Shown piece after piece: positions 29,631 through 38,976 of a DNA stretch of 64,000 bases (positions are counted from its first letter, which is position 1; each line of letters begins with the position of its first letter). The notes beneath the pieces were generated by a model that had not been told where the DNA came from, did not search any database, and saw nothing but the letters and a program-made list of their open reading frames with translations. The position numbers were made by a program, and so were the translations under genes. Origin of the DNA: an uncultured delta proteobacterium (GTDB taxonomy: Bacteria; Desulfobacterota; Desulfobacteria; Desulfobacterales; JAHEIW01); NCBI GenBank assembly GCA_963706575.1, contig CAVPNL010000006.1:256001-320000 (forward strand). Reading direction: 5' to 3'.

Positions 29631-30770
29631 TTATTGCGGCACTTCCGCCAGTTTCAGGTAGCGTTCTCCCAGGGTGTACAATAACAACATGATGGCCAGC
29701 GCAAACACAAACACCAGCCATTCCCAGATGCTCGGAAAATAGCCGATAAACCCCGCATACTGTTCGGCTTTGGGCCCAACCGGATGGCTTTGTCCGGCCA
29801 ACAGGATTTCCATGTGCATCATCAGCGTGCCGACCAAAATCAGAGCCGAGGTGACGATTTTGCCGCCCACGCTCTTGCGCACTGAGGGTATCAACAACAA
29901 CACAAACGGCAGAAAAAGCCCCAGCAAGACTTCAGCGTGAAAACCACGGTAGGCGCCGAAAGCATGTTTAAATTCGCCGTAAACCAGAAATTCCGGAACC
30001 ACTGTGGCCGATTCAATGGCAAATTTGACCAGCGTAAAAATTACAGCGATTCCAGTGATATACCCGAAGATGGTGGCAAACTCATTGTATAACGGCGTCT
30101 GGCTTTCAACAGCACCGTCACCGGTGACGCGATGGAAAATCATGCTGTACAGCAAAAACATAGCGGTACCGCTGAGCAACCCCAGGATCAGACTGTAAAC
30201 CGACATCATCGGACCGAAGTAAGTGACGCGCGATTCGGTGATGCCGAAAACCGAGCCGATCATCAACGGTGCGATCAGGGCCAACAGAAAAGATACAACG
30301 CCCAATGCTTTGCTGAGTCCACTGTGCCAGTCACCTTTATGCATTAACCCGAATTTAATGATCAGCACCACCAGTTCCACGCTATAGATAAAGCCCATCC
30401 ACCAGATCGGTGATGAAAAATTCGGCGAGAACAAAATCCAGAACATGTGTTCGACCGAGCCGAGCTCCAGCCCGATGGCCACGAAACCACCCAACAGGGT
30501 AGCGATGGCTAAAAACACCAGGCGTTTGGCAAACGGTTCATATTTTTTGACTTTAAGCACTAGCGGAATTCCGGCCAGCAGAGTCAGGCCGGAGCTGGTA
30601 AGGGCCAGAAATATATAGACGCCCAAAGGCAACGACCAGATGAGGACATCATTGGTATTAAAGAGGTAATGGCCCTGGGTAAAAAGCCTTATGGCGGCAT
30701 ATAATCCAAGCAGGATCGCGATACCGAGCACCACGAGCCATGTGCCGTATAATCCTTTTTTCTCGCTCAT
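29631..30770 (-). CDS. arrC: NrfD-family membrane anchor (ArrC)
   Basis: Multi-TM; WSLPLGVYIF, ELG, SPNFSSPIWWMG, YFPSIWE; follows arrB. Confidence 0.8.
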   Translation of the reverse strand: MSEKKGLYGTWLVVLGIAILLGLYAAIRLFTQGHYLFNTNDVLIWSLPLGVYIFLALTSSGLTLLAGIPLVLKVKKYEPFAKRLVFLAIATLLGGFVAIGLELGSVEHMFWILFSPNFSSPIWWMGFIYSVELVVLIIKFGLMHKGDWHSGLSKALGVVSFLLALIAPLMIGSVFGITESRVTYFGPMMSVYSLILGLLSGTAMFLLYSMIFHRVTGDGAVESQTPLYNEFATIFGYITGIAVIFTLVKFAIESATVVPEFLVYGEFKHAFGAYRGFHAEVLLGLFLPFVLLLIPSVRKSVGGKIVTSALILVGTLMMHMEILLAGQSHPVGPKAEQYAGFIGYFPSIWEWLVFVFALAIMLLLYTLGERYLKLAEVPQ

Positions 30771-31496
30771 TTAAACACCTCCTTTAGTCGGCTCGTAATG
30801 GGCCGGGTTGAAATCCCTGATGTAAAAAATATGGGGTTCGGTGCCGATTTGTTCCCGTAACCGAAACGGGCGAAATTTTCCTAAAAGAATACTGACTTCG
30901 CTTTTGGGATCGGAAATGTCACCGAAGATACGCGCATCCGCCGGGCAGGCTTCGACACAATAGGGCAACTGCTCCTTTTTGACGCGGTGGTCGCAAAAGG
31001 TGCATTTTTCCACCACGCCCTTGGGGCGGATTCCCGGAAGAGTGTCATCTCTTTCGGGGTTGTAGTACGGTACGATTTTAGCGCCCACTTTTTTGGCCTC
31101 TTCCTCTGGCGAGCTCGTGCACCCTTTGATTAAGGCTTTGTCATCGCGCCAGAACTTGTGGGGTTTGCGCCAGTTAAAGTAGATTACGCCGTAGGGGCAG
31201 TTAAATTCACAATACTTGCAGCCGATGCACTTGTCGGGATCATGCATGGTGATGCCGTTGTCCAGTTTGTGCATGGCTTTTGTCGGACAGCCCCTGACAC
31301 ACGGTGCATTTCCGCAATGATTGCAAAGCGTCGGAATATAATGGTAGCGCACATTGGGAAACGTACCGCGCGTTTCGGTGATTTTGTTGGACCAGTAGAT
31401 GCCGTCGGGCACGTTGTTTTCGTTTCTGCAGGCAATGCTGCAGGCGCCGCACCCGACACAGCGTTGTAAATCAATTACCATGGCATATCTAGGCAT
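30771..31496 (-). CDS. arrB: Respiratory arsenate reductase Fe-S subunit
   Basis: CVGCGACSIAC, CNHCGNAPC, CIGCKYCEFNCP, CTFC, PYCVEACP; adjacent to arrA. Confidence 0.88.
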   Translation of the reverse strand: MPRYAMVIDLQRCVGCGACSIACRNENNVPDGIYWSNKITETRGTFPNVRYHYIPTLCNHCGNAPCVRGCPTKAMHKLDNGITMHDPDKCIGCKYCEFNCPYGVIYFNWRKPHKFWRDDKALIKGCTSSPEEEAKKVGAKIVPYYNPERDDTLPGIRPKGVVEKCTFCDHRVKKEQLPYCVEACPADARIFGDISDPKSEVSILLGKFRPFRLREQIGTEPHIFYIRDFNPAHYEPTKGGV

Positions 31497-31507
31497 AGGT
31501 TCACCTC

Positions 31508-34090
31508 CTAAACTTTTTCGATTTTAATTCGGGTGGTCGCATAATACGCCGTGCTGCCACTCAAACGATCATATTGGGCCGGGATCAGGTCATTGCTGCT
31601 GCCGCCCCGGGGGACTTTGCCGAATTCTTTGGACGCCACCCGGCCATAGGCCCAGTGGCCCTGGCCGTAACACTTGGCGATCGTGCCCGGCCTGACGCCC
31701 TCCCACAATTTTGCCGTACAGGTCAAGCTTCCGCTCGGAGATGTCAGTTTAACCGTATCGCCATCCTTAATCCCCAGTGGCTTGGCATCTTTGGGGTTGA
31801 TCTTGGCCACGTCTTGCCAGGCCACATCACCGGGATCGACATCTTTAAAATCATAATACCAGGTGCAGTTGGCCGAGCGGCCCTCGCGGTTGAGCCGGGA
31901 TTTGTGATCCACGTGGATGAACGGATACTCTTTTTCATCCCCTGCAATAAAAGGCTCCTCATAATGGGGAATAAAGGCCATTTCCCCCCGCGCCTGGTAG
32001 TTGCAGACCTCCAGAACATTGTCGATAGTCGTGTTATGATTTTCAGCATGCTTTCCAAGAACCTCTTTGAGGGTCTCGCTGTAGAACTCAAACTTTTTGG
32101 TTTTGGTCTTCATGTTGCTCCACTTTTTGCGATACGGGTAGGGGTCGGAATTCCAGACGCCGGCTTTGACGAAATCCTCCCAGCCGTTGAATTTGTCTCC
32201 GCCTTTGTATTTAGCCGGATCCCACAGGTTCTGGGTGGCATATTTAAGGGCATAGAGCGCAAATTCTTTTTCGTTGGTCGGCGCTTTGCCGGTCTCCGGA
32301 TCCTCGTAGGTTTTGTAGTGGTCAAGCAGATTGCTAAAACCTCTTTCATTCAGCTTTTCGGCAATCAGCCAGGGGATTTCGGTCTCATCGATCTTGTATT
32401 CCCACACCGGCTCGACAATCGGATGCATGAGCGTCACCTGCCGGTATCCGTTGCCGATCGATTTGACATACCCCCATTTTTCAGCCATGTGATGGGTATC
32501 GGGCAGCAGGATATCGGCGAACCAGGAAAACTCGGAAGCGTTGGTGGTGATGTGCACCAGAAAAGGTATCTTGGCCAGGGCACGCTCCCAGCGTTCAGGC
32601 TGCGGACAGGAGAAGGTAAAGTTATTCATGTATCCAATCGCCACTTTGATTTCATTGGGGTCCGCGTTCAGAATGCCGTCGGCCGCATTGTTGGTAACCA
32701 CGCCTCCGCCGGGTTTCTTGTTCAGTACGGGAAACTCCAACCGGCCGCGATGGTCGATTTTTCCATGCTTTTTACCTTTTTTGGCGATTTCATCCATAAA
32801 ATCATCGGGTTTCGGAAACTTGCTGGTGTATTCTTTGTTGCTCTGTTGGGTGCCGCCGACATTGTCCACGGCCCCGACGATGCCGTTTAAGGCGTGCACC
32901 GCCATGCTGGCGTAAGCGCCGCGGACCTGCATGCAGGGTCCGCCGCCCAGCCAGGAAATGGCGCGCGGTGCCGCCTGGCCGTAACCGACAGCGACCCGTT
33001 TGATCTGCTCTACCGGCAGGCCGGTTATTTTTGCAGCCCACTCCGCTGTTTTGTCCTTCAGCTCCAGATTCCACCACGCGACAATACCGTTGGTGTGTTT
33101 TTCTTCAAACAGTTCTTCATCAACATATTGTCCGGCCACAAAGCGATTTTCGCCGTCCGTAAAATCGCCGACGAAGTCTTTGTACCAGAGCCCTTCGGTG
33201 AGCAAAATGTGCGCAATGGCGACCGCCAGCGCACCATCCGTGCCGGGTTTGATCGGCAGCCACTCATCGGCCTTGGCTGCGGTGGCCGAAAGTCGCGGTT
33301 CGGCAATTGCAATCGTTGCGGAATCAATGGCATCTCCCCAGGCAGAAGAATAATAAGATACCTGCCGGTTGGCGGCCAGGGGGTCGGCGCCCCATAAAAG
33401 AATGTACCGGGCCCTTTTAACATCATACTGCCGGTAACCCCAATACGCCTCTGTGTAGTAAGGGCCGAATTTTTCCGCTTCCGCACAGATCGCACTGTGG
33501 GAAATGTTGTTGGGTGAGCCGATAATTTTGGTCATGCGATCATAGAGGACATCTCGCATGTACGTATACCGACCGCGCATGAGCATGTATTTGTAGGTTT
33601 CGTTGTTGTTTCTGAGCTCCATGATCTTGTCGGCAATGGTGTTCAAGGCTTCGTCCCAGGAAATGGGCACATATTTCGGATCCTCGTTGCGTCCCTTTTT
33701 AGGATTGGTCCGTTTCATGGGGGTTTTGATTCGATCCGGGTCATATATCTGCTGCAAAGCCAGATGGGATCTCGGACAACTCGCACTTCCATTCACCTTC
33801 GAATTCGGATTTCCCCGGACTTTTACCGCCCTGCCGTCGACGACGTACACCTGTTTGGAGCACCAGGAGGTACATCCCTGACAGGTGGCCGATTGCCACG
33901 CCCCGGCTCCGCCGGAGGTCGTTTCACTGGCTTGCGCTAGTGCCCGAAACGCTGGCTTGACGGATCCGCCGAGGGCAATTGCACCTCCGGTGGCGGCTGA
34001 GGCTCTTTTTATGAAAGATCTTCTTGTAATTTTGTAATCATTTAGAAAATCCTTCATCATGGCTTTCTTTTTGTTCTGTTTCATCTCCAT
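31508..34090 (-). CDS. arrA: Respiratory arsenate reductase catalytic molybdopterin subunit
   Basis: TRRSFIK Tat; CQGCTSWC..C; RTNPKKGRNEDP; RGRY (Arr-type; ArxA has GRGW); GSPNNISHSAICAEAEK; GQGHWAYG. Confidence 0.93.
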   Translation of the reverse strand: MEMKQNKKKAMMKDFLNDYKITRRSFIKRASAATGGAIALGGSVKPAFRALAQASETTSGGAGAWQSATCQGCTSWCSKQVYVVDGRAVKVRGNPNSKVNGSASCPRSHLALQQIYDPDRIKTPMKRTNPKKGRNEDPKYVPISWDEALNTIADKIMELRNNNETYKYMLMRGRYTYMRDVLYDRMTKIIGSPNNISHSAICAEAEKFGPYYTEAYWGYRQYDVKRARYILLWGADPLAANRQVSYYSSAWGDAIDSATIAIAEPRLSATAAKADEWLPIKPGTDGALAVAIAHILLTEGLWYKDFVGDFTDGENRFVAGQYVDEELFEEKHTNGIVAWWNLELKDKTAEWAAKITGLPVEQIKRVAVGYGQAAPRAISWLGGGPCMQVRGAYASMAVHALNGIVGAVDNVGGTQQSNKEYTSKFPKPDDFMDEIAKKGKKHGKIDHRGRLEFPVLNKKPGGGVVTNNAADGILNADPNEIKVAIGYMNNFTFSCPQPERWERALAKIPFLVHITTNASEFSWFADILLPDTHHMAEKWGYVKSIGNGYRQVTLMHPIVEPVWEYKIDETEIPWLIAEKLNERGFSNLLDHYKTYEDPETGKAPTNEKEFALYALKYATQNLWDPAKYKGGDKFNGWEDFVKAGVWNSDPYPYRKKWSNMKTKTKKFEFYSETLKEVLGKHAENHNTTIDNVLEVCNYQARGEMAFIPHYEEPFIAGDEKEYPFIHVDHKSRLNREGRSANCTWYYDFKDVDPGDVAWQDVAKINPKDAKPLGIKDGDTVKLTSPSGSLTCTAKLWEGVRPGTIAKCYGQGHWAYGRVASKEFGKVPRGGSSNDLIPAQYDRLSGSTAYYATTRIKIEKV

Positions 34091-34138
34091 ATTACCTCCC
34101 TTCGTTAACCTTCTTAAACCTTAAAGATGGTTCAAGAA

Positions 34139-34528
34139 TTAATTGGTTGATGGTTTACCGGAATTCGCCTCATTATTTTCAATCGATCGCAGCCAGTAAA
34201 AAAGTTCATCCGGATCGATCGGCCGATTGAGACAGGCATAAATGTGGTAGCAGATCGCGTCTTTTAGCTCCGGGTGAAACGGATGTTTGGATAAGCAAAA
34301 AAAATAGACTCCCGGGAATTTTAGGGTGAGTTCCCTCACGGTTCGATTGTCTGCCGCCACCGTGTCGATATCCCATAATATTGCCTGGCATTTAGTATCC
34401 TTGATGCGTTGTTCTAAATTGTGAGTTGAATATTGTGAGGCTGCTTTAAATTGACCCGTTTCCAGCAGTTCGCAGAGCTCCCGACATTGTTTTTTATCGG
34501 CATCGATCACCAATATTGATTTTTTCAT
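34139..34528 (-). CDS. Stand-alone atypical receiver-domain protein
   Basis: ILVIDAD, ILWDID; conserved Lys position reads NRP. Confidence 0.65.
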   Translation of the reverse strand: MKKSILVIDADKKQCRELCELLETGQFKAASQYSTHNLEQRIKDTKCQAILWDIDTVAADNRTVRELTLKFPGVYFFCLSKHPFHPELKDAICYHIYACLNRPIDPDELFYWLRSIENNEANSGKPSTN

Positions 34529-34587
34529 TTGCTCACGGGCTCCTCGAACGAAACCGGCATGAAATCAGGAAGAATAAAAGATCTTAG

Positions 34588-34614
34588 TACCACAACGTAG
34601 CAAGGGTTATGCCA
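34588..34614 (-). promoter_or_regulatory. Sigma54 -24/-12 promoter of arr operon overlapped by the 15-bp operator
   Basis: TGGCATAACCCTTGCT (GG-N10-GC, 34614-34599); TACCACAACGTAGCA at 34588-34602. Confidence 0.75.
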
Positions 34615-34778
34615 GAACGAACCCGAAAATCGTCAGGTGTTCAATTTAGGAGCATTTATGCGACAGGTTTAAATTTAAGCAATTGAAATTTAATCAAATA
34701 AAATTGAAGAGAAAAAGCTGGGAATTGAAAATTTAATTTCAGTAGAAGGGTGAATTGCAGGCAGGATTTTTTTAAACC

Positions 34779-34861
34779 TGTACGGGTTACAGACATAAAA
34801 ACTGGCGATATATTAGATTCTCATTTATATTAAACGGTTAGCTGTGTACGAATCCCGGACA
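34779..34861. promoter_or_regulatory. Two putative upstream activator sites (TGT-N11-ACA)
   Basis: TGTACGGGTTACAGACA (34779-34795), TGTACGAATCCCGGACA (34845-34861); third copy 38578-38594. Confidence 0.6.
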
Positions 34862-34886
34862 CATTATTCAGCCTCAAACACATGAA

Positions 34887-35261
34887 TTATAATAGTGGCT
34901 TAAAAACCTCGCAGGATCGACAGATTTTCATTTTCTCTTTCCAATCCTTTTGGCTCATTCCTTCACAAATGGTTCCATTTATAAACCAGCAGAGATCGCC
35001 CGATCCAAACTCCCAGGCCGGGCAATCGCGTTTTTGCTGGGGCGGACATTTTTTTACAAACCAGCAGGGCTTTTGCTTTATGCCCTTTTGTTCCAATCTG
35101 GATACCAGGAAAAAGACCTGACGTTCGACATGCACCGGCACGGATCGCCAGCCCTGCTCATAGCTGTGAATGGCTTTCAGAGATGTCCCCAGCAGTTCGG
35201 CCATCTGTTTCTGGGTCTTGGCCAACCGCTTTCGATATTTTTTGAATTCGTTCTTATTCAT
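34887..35261 (-). CDS. XRE-type HTH regulator with Cys-rich two-CW domain (paralog 1)
   Basis: KTQKQMAELLGTSLKAIHSYEQGWRSVP; CW..KKC..CPAWEF..CWFINGTIC..C..C. Confidence 0.85.
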   Translation of the reverse strand: MNKNEFKKYRKRLAKTQKQMAELLGTSLKAIHSYEQGWRSVPVHVERQVFFLVSRLEQKGIKQKPCWFVKKCPPQQKRDCPAWEFGSGDLCWFINGTICEGMSQKDWKEKMKICRSCEVFKPLL

Positions 35262-35329
35262 GTTTTCTTGTCGCGTGGGTTATCGACCAGGTTGCGTCGC
35301 TCTATGCAAAAAACCATGCCAGATGAGAG

Positions 35330-35381
35330 ATACTAACATTACAGGGAAGCAGGGCCAAGCAAAAAATGCCACATTGTGGTA
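35330..35381 (-). promoter_or_regulatory. Operator plus sigma70 promoter of regulator paralog 1
   Basis: TACCACAATGTGGCA (35381-35367), 8 bp, TTGGCC-17 bp-TAGTAT. Confidence 0.65.
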
Positions 35382-35400
35382 TTTTTCATTGCTCTAACCC

Positions 35401-37599
35401 CTAATGAATCGTTGGTTTGTTAATCTGATATTTTTTAAGTTTGTCATATAGCGTACTGCGGCTGATCCCCAGATGTAAGGCGGCCTTTTTCTTGTTCCAG
35501 TCGCATTCCTCCAAAACTTCCTGGAGCAATTTTTTCTCATTTTCAACGATCGTCCCCGGGGCTTCCGAAGAAATAGCCGGAGCAGCATCCCGAATGGCAG
35601 AGGGCAGATCCGAAATTTCGACTTTGCTTCGCTTGGCTAAAACGGCGGCGTGCTCAATGCTGTTTTCCAGTTCGCGAACGTTCCCCGGCCAGGGGTAATC
35701 CAGCAGCAGCCCCATGGCTTCCGAGCTGAAATCCTGAATTTCTTTATGCTGTTCAAGGGCAAATTTGGATAAAAAATGACGCGCCAGCAACGGAATATCG
35801 TTGCGCCGTTTTCTTAACGGGGGCAGGTGGATTGGAATAACATTGAGACGATAAAAAAGATCCTCACGAAAGGTTCCGTTTTTTACTTCTTGAATTAGAT
35901 CCTTATTGGTGGCGGCGAGAATGCGAACATCGACCTTGAGTTTCTCTTCGCCTCCGACACGTTCGAATTTTTGACTTTGCAAGACCCGCAGCAGCTTGAT
36001 CTGGGCTGAAGGCGCAATTTCGCCGATTTCATCTAAAAATACGGTACCGCCGTCTGCTTGTTCAAAACGTCCGAATTTTTGCCGGATGGCACCGGTAAAG
36101 GCGCCTTTTTCATGACCGAAGAGTTCGCTTTCCAAAAGTGTTGCCGGATAAGCTGAGCAGTTGATCACGACAAACGGATTATCCCTCCGTGGGCTCTGCC
36201 GATGAATGGCCCGGGCGACCAGTTCTTTACCGGTCCCGCTTTCCCCCTGAATAAGAATCGTTGCATCGGTGGGCGCGATATCTTCTATTAAACGATACAT
36301 ATTTTGCATCTTTGGGTCTTTACCAACCAGCCCGCTGAATTCAGCAGTATGTTCGATACGAGTCTTCAGCTCGCGGATCTCTTCTTCATGGATTGCCGAA
36401 CGGCGAATGGCGCCGGCAGTCTGGTTCAAAATCAGATCAATAATGTCCAGCTCTTTGGTGACACAGTTACAATTTCCGGGACAAGCGATCAGCAGCGCCC
36501 CTTGAAGTTGATTCTCGCTGCGCAGGGGGAAAACGATCAGATCTTGTGCGGTTTTAAATTCTAAGGGTAAAAATGTTGTGTTGGATGGTTCGACTTTAAC
36601 AAATTTGGATTGGTCTAAACCGAAAACAAGCGCAGCTGCCCTTTGCGTGGCGGCAATATCCAGAGTTCTGGATTCCTTCGCGGTTTGCAGGAAGATATTG
36701 TCGCCATTGCTACTGAATATCAACATACATAGATCCTTACAGGTGACAATGCTTTGCAGTTTTTTGATTAAATAGGCGCAAACATCCCTTAAATGAGTCA
36801 ACGCGCCGATTTCCTGGGCAATGGTAAATGATGTGTGTGTTTGCCGGTGGGCCCGATCGAGCTGACCGGTTTTCTCTTCAAGCCGCTGGGTGTAGTCCTT
36901 TATTCGAGTGACCATGTGGTTAAAAGAAGATGTCAATCTTCCGACTTCGTCCCGGCTGTTTAAAGGGACATTTAATTCAAGATTACCTTCATCAATTTTT
37001 TCAGCAGCTTTTGCCAATGCCGCCAAAGGCCTGGTTACACGTTTGATGAAGAAAAGGCTTCCACCGATTGCGAATAAAAGAATCGAAAAAGTTATTACGC
37101 TCATTTGAAGCCATAATTGTTTTACCTGGTCACGGAAAGGTTTTTCAGTGACGCCCAGCCGGAGGGTGCCGGCTTTTCCTGCAAAAATGGGCCAGGCAAT
37201 ATCCAAATATCGCTCTCCTTCGGTGGATACGATTTCTTTATGTCGATTATAATTATCCAGGACAATATCATTGACCCCTATAAGTTCGATTGGTATCCCC
37301 TGTGTAAATGTGTGAGCCAGAACCTGGTTTTCTTTAATAATAAAGATGTAGGCTGCGTGAGGCGTACTGGTCATATGGTAATCAAGCATTTTTTGAAGCG
37401 CCACCAGGTCATTGGTCAGGATCTTATCAGTGGCATCCAGCGCAACTGCCTGGGCTATATTTTCGGCCTGAGCGCTTAATGATGAAAACAGACTGCTACT
37501 ATACCGTTGGGTCACAACCAGCGAAATAAGTAATCCGCTACCGATAACCATAAGCGAAACGGCCATCAACAATTTATTTTTCAGACTTTGTGGGCGCAT
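35401..37599 (-). CDS. Membrane-anchored sigma54 enhancer-binding protein (TM-periplasmic-TM-HAMP-GAF-like-AAA+-Fis HTH)
   Basis: Two TM helices, SRDEVGRLTSSFNHM (HAMP), GESGTGKE, GAFTGA, FLDEIG, WPGNVRELEN, C-terminal HTH; start inferred at 37599. Confidence 0.9.
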   Translation of the reverse strand: MRPQSLKNKLLMAVSLMVIGSGLLISLVVTQRYSSSLFSSLSAQAENIAQAVALDATDKILTNDLVALQKMLDYHMTSTPHAAYIFIIKENQVLAHTFTQGIPIELIGVNDIVLDNYNRHKEIVSTEGERYLDIAWPIFAGKAGTLRLGVTEKPFRDQVKQLWLQMSVITFSILLFAIGGSLFFIKRVTRPLAALAKAAEKIDEGNLELNVPLNSRDEVGRLTSSFNHMVTRIKDYTQRLEEKTGQLDRAHRQTHTSFTIAQEIGALTHLRDVCAYLIKKLQSIVTCKDLCMLIFSSNGDNIFLQTAKESRTLDIAATQRAAALVFGLDQSKFVKVEPSNTTFLPLEFKTAQDLIVFPLRSENQLQGALLIACPGNCNCVTKELDIIDLILNQTAGAIRRSAIHEEEIRELKTRIEHTAEFSGLVGKDPKMQNMYRLIEDIAPTDATILIQGESGTGKELVARAIHRQSPRRDNPFVVINCSAYPATLLESELFGHEKGAFTGAIRQKFGRFEQADGGTVFLDEIGEIAPSAQIKLLRVLQSQKFERVGGEEKLKVDVRILAATNKDLIQEVKNGTFREDLFYRLNVIPIHLPPLRKRRNDIPLLARHFLSKFALEQHKEIQDFSSEAMGLLLDYPWPGNVRELENSIEHAAVLAKRSKVEISDLPSAIRDAAPAISSEAPGTIVENEKKLLQEVLEECDWNKKKAALHLGISRSTLYDKLKKYQINKPTIH

Positions 37600-37603
37600 A
37601 CTT

Positions 37604-38539
37604 CTAATCCTCCAGCGATGCAAGTTCCAGATTTATTTTCCGGATGCTGTCATACCATTTATCTTTTGGTAATATAAATTTATCGATCATCAATTCTTTT
37701 AAAATCGCTTTCCCCTGTGGATCCTGATGCATGGTAAATAGCAGTATGCGAATTTTTGTCATGAGTTCAGATGATATAGAGTTTGAGGCCACCATTGGCG
37801 GTATGCCGTAGGGTTCTGATTTGCGAATAATGCGGGTTTTGGATGTGAAAATAGGATTTTTGTTGTTGTAATATTCCCAGATCAAACCGTCGACGGCGGC
37901 ACCGTCCACCAGGCCTTTGGCCACCGCCAATATGGCGTTGTCATGGCTGTAGGTGTAAATCGTTTTTTCAAAAAACGTTTCGGCTGTTTCTCCCATTTGC
38001 CAGAGCCAGTAAGTCGGGACCAACTTACCCGAATTCGAGTCGGGATCGGTAAACGCAAAAACACGTCCTCTGAGATCTTCGAGTGTTCGGAATTCACTCG
38101 TCTTATTTATAATCAAATAAGAATGATAAAAATGGCTGTTCTGAACCTCGGGTGTTGCCACCAACTGAAACCCATATTTTTCCTTGCCGACAACATAGGG
38201 TCCAGAGCATATAAAGGCCAAATCGATCTGGCCCTTGGCCAACAGTTCATTGATCTCCCCATAAGTTTTGCGCTGGATAAACTGAATTTCACGCCCCATT
38301 TTTTGGCCAATGTAGTCCAACAACTGCCGGTAATAGACGAAAGTTTCCTTAGGTGATATTATTGCGGCTACCGCAACTTTTAGCTGCGCGGATTCAGGAT
38401 CTGAACTTATCGGACGATCCACCGTCACAGTTTTAGAGAAATCAACCACAACGGCATCGCTGTCTTTGCCGCAGCCTGAAACATAAATCCCGATAAAAAA
38501 TATCAGGCAACCGATAATCAGTTTTGTCTTGTTTCCCAT
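37604..38539 (-). CDS. PhnD-family periplasmic binding lipoprotein, AioX/ArrX-like
   Basis: Lipobox VSGC; DLAFICSGPY, FTDPDSNSG, YSHDNAI; beside arr operon. Confidence 0.78.
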   Translation of the reverse strand: MGNKTKLIIGCLIFFIGIYVSGCGKDSDAVVVDFSKTVTVDRPISSDPESAQLKVAVAAIISPKETFVYYRQLLDYIGQKMGREIQFIQRKTYGEINELLAKGQIDLAFICSGPYVVGKEKYGFQLVATPEVQNSHFYHSYLIINKTSEFRTLEDLRGRVFAFTDPDSNSGKLVPTYWLWQMGETAETFFEKTIYTYSHDNAILAVAKGLVDGAAVDGLIWEYYNNKNPIFTSKTRIIRKSEPYGIPPMVASNSISSELMTKIRILLFTMHQDPQGKAILKELMIDKFILPKDKWYDSIRKINLELASLED

Positions 38540-38607
38540 GCTGATGCGCCTTTCGAATTATACTGCAAACCTGTTCGTGTCTGAAAATCGTACACACAGT
38601 CTGGACA

Positions 38608-38633
38608 TACCACCATGTGGTGGTTTTGGTCAA
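38608..38633 (-). promoter_or_regulatory. Operator 5 bp downstream of -35-like TTGACC
   Basis: TACCACCATGTGGTG (38608-38622); GGTCAA at 38628-38633. Confidence 0.55.
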
Positions 38634-38764
38634 CAAAATAATGCCATTGCTAATATTCTTCTAAAAAATACGATTTATGCCAGCGAAAAAAATCGTTTAA
38701 AGAAAAAAGACCGGTTACAATTGGAAGCGGTGTTAAAGTCTGAAACAAAAATCAACCCTTGAAC

Positions 38765-38790
38765 TGCCACGTTGTGGTGATTTTTGTCAA
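38765..38790 (-). promoter_or_regulatory. Operator 5 bp downstream of -35-like TTGACA
   Basis: TGCCACGTTGTGGTG (38765-38779); TGTCAA at 38785-38790. Confidence 0.55.
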
Positions 38791-38976
38791 GATAATTTTT
38801 CAATTTTAACAGGAATATCTTAGCGGATGGGCTTTACGAACGATTAGCGTACTGGATGGTAAGTTAATTATGGTCGGTGCAGGATCGTAGAAAGTATTAA
38901 ATTTTATTATGAGATATCATAAGACTTTAAGTTGCTTCTTAATAATTTCTGAATCGAATTGTTTTATCTTCATGCG

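Noticed and set aside
31574..32890. Long antisense ORFs (438 aa here; also 17049-17858, 17928-18821, 45360-46061)
   Set aside because: Shadow frames of well-supported genes on the opposite strand
31508..34090. ArxA (anaerobic arsenite oxidase) or polysulfide/tetrathionate reductase
   Set aside because: RGRY and SHSAICAEAEK motifs match ArrA; ArxA has GRGW
35305..35321. Sigma54 promoter TGGCATGGTTTTTTGCA before regulator 1
   Set aside because: Spacing is GG-N11-GC rather than N10; it would only hold if the T-run is a homopolymer error
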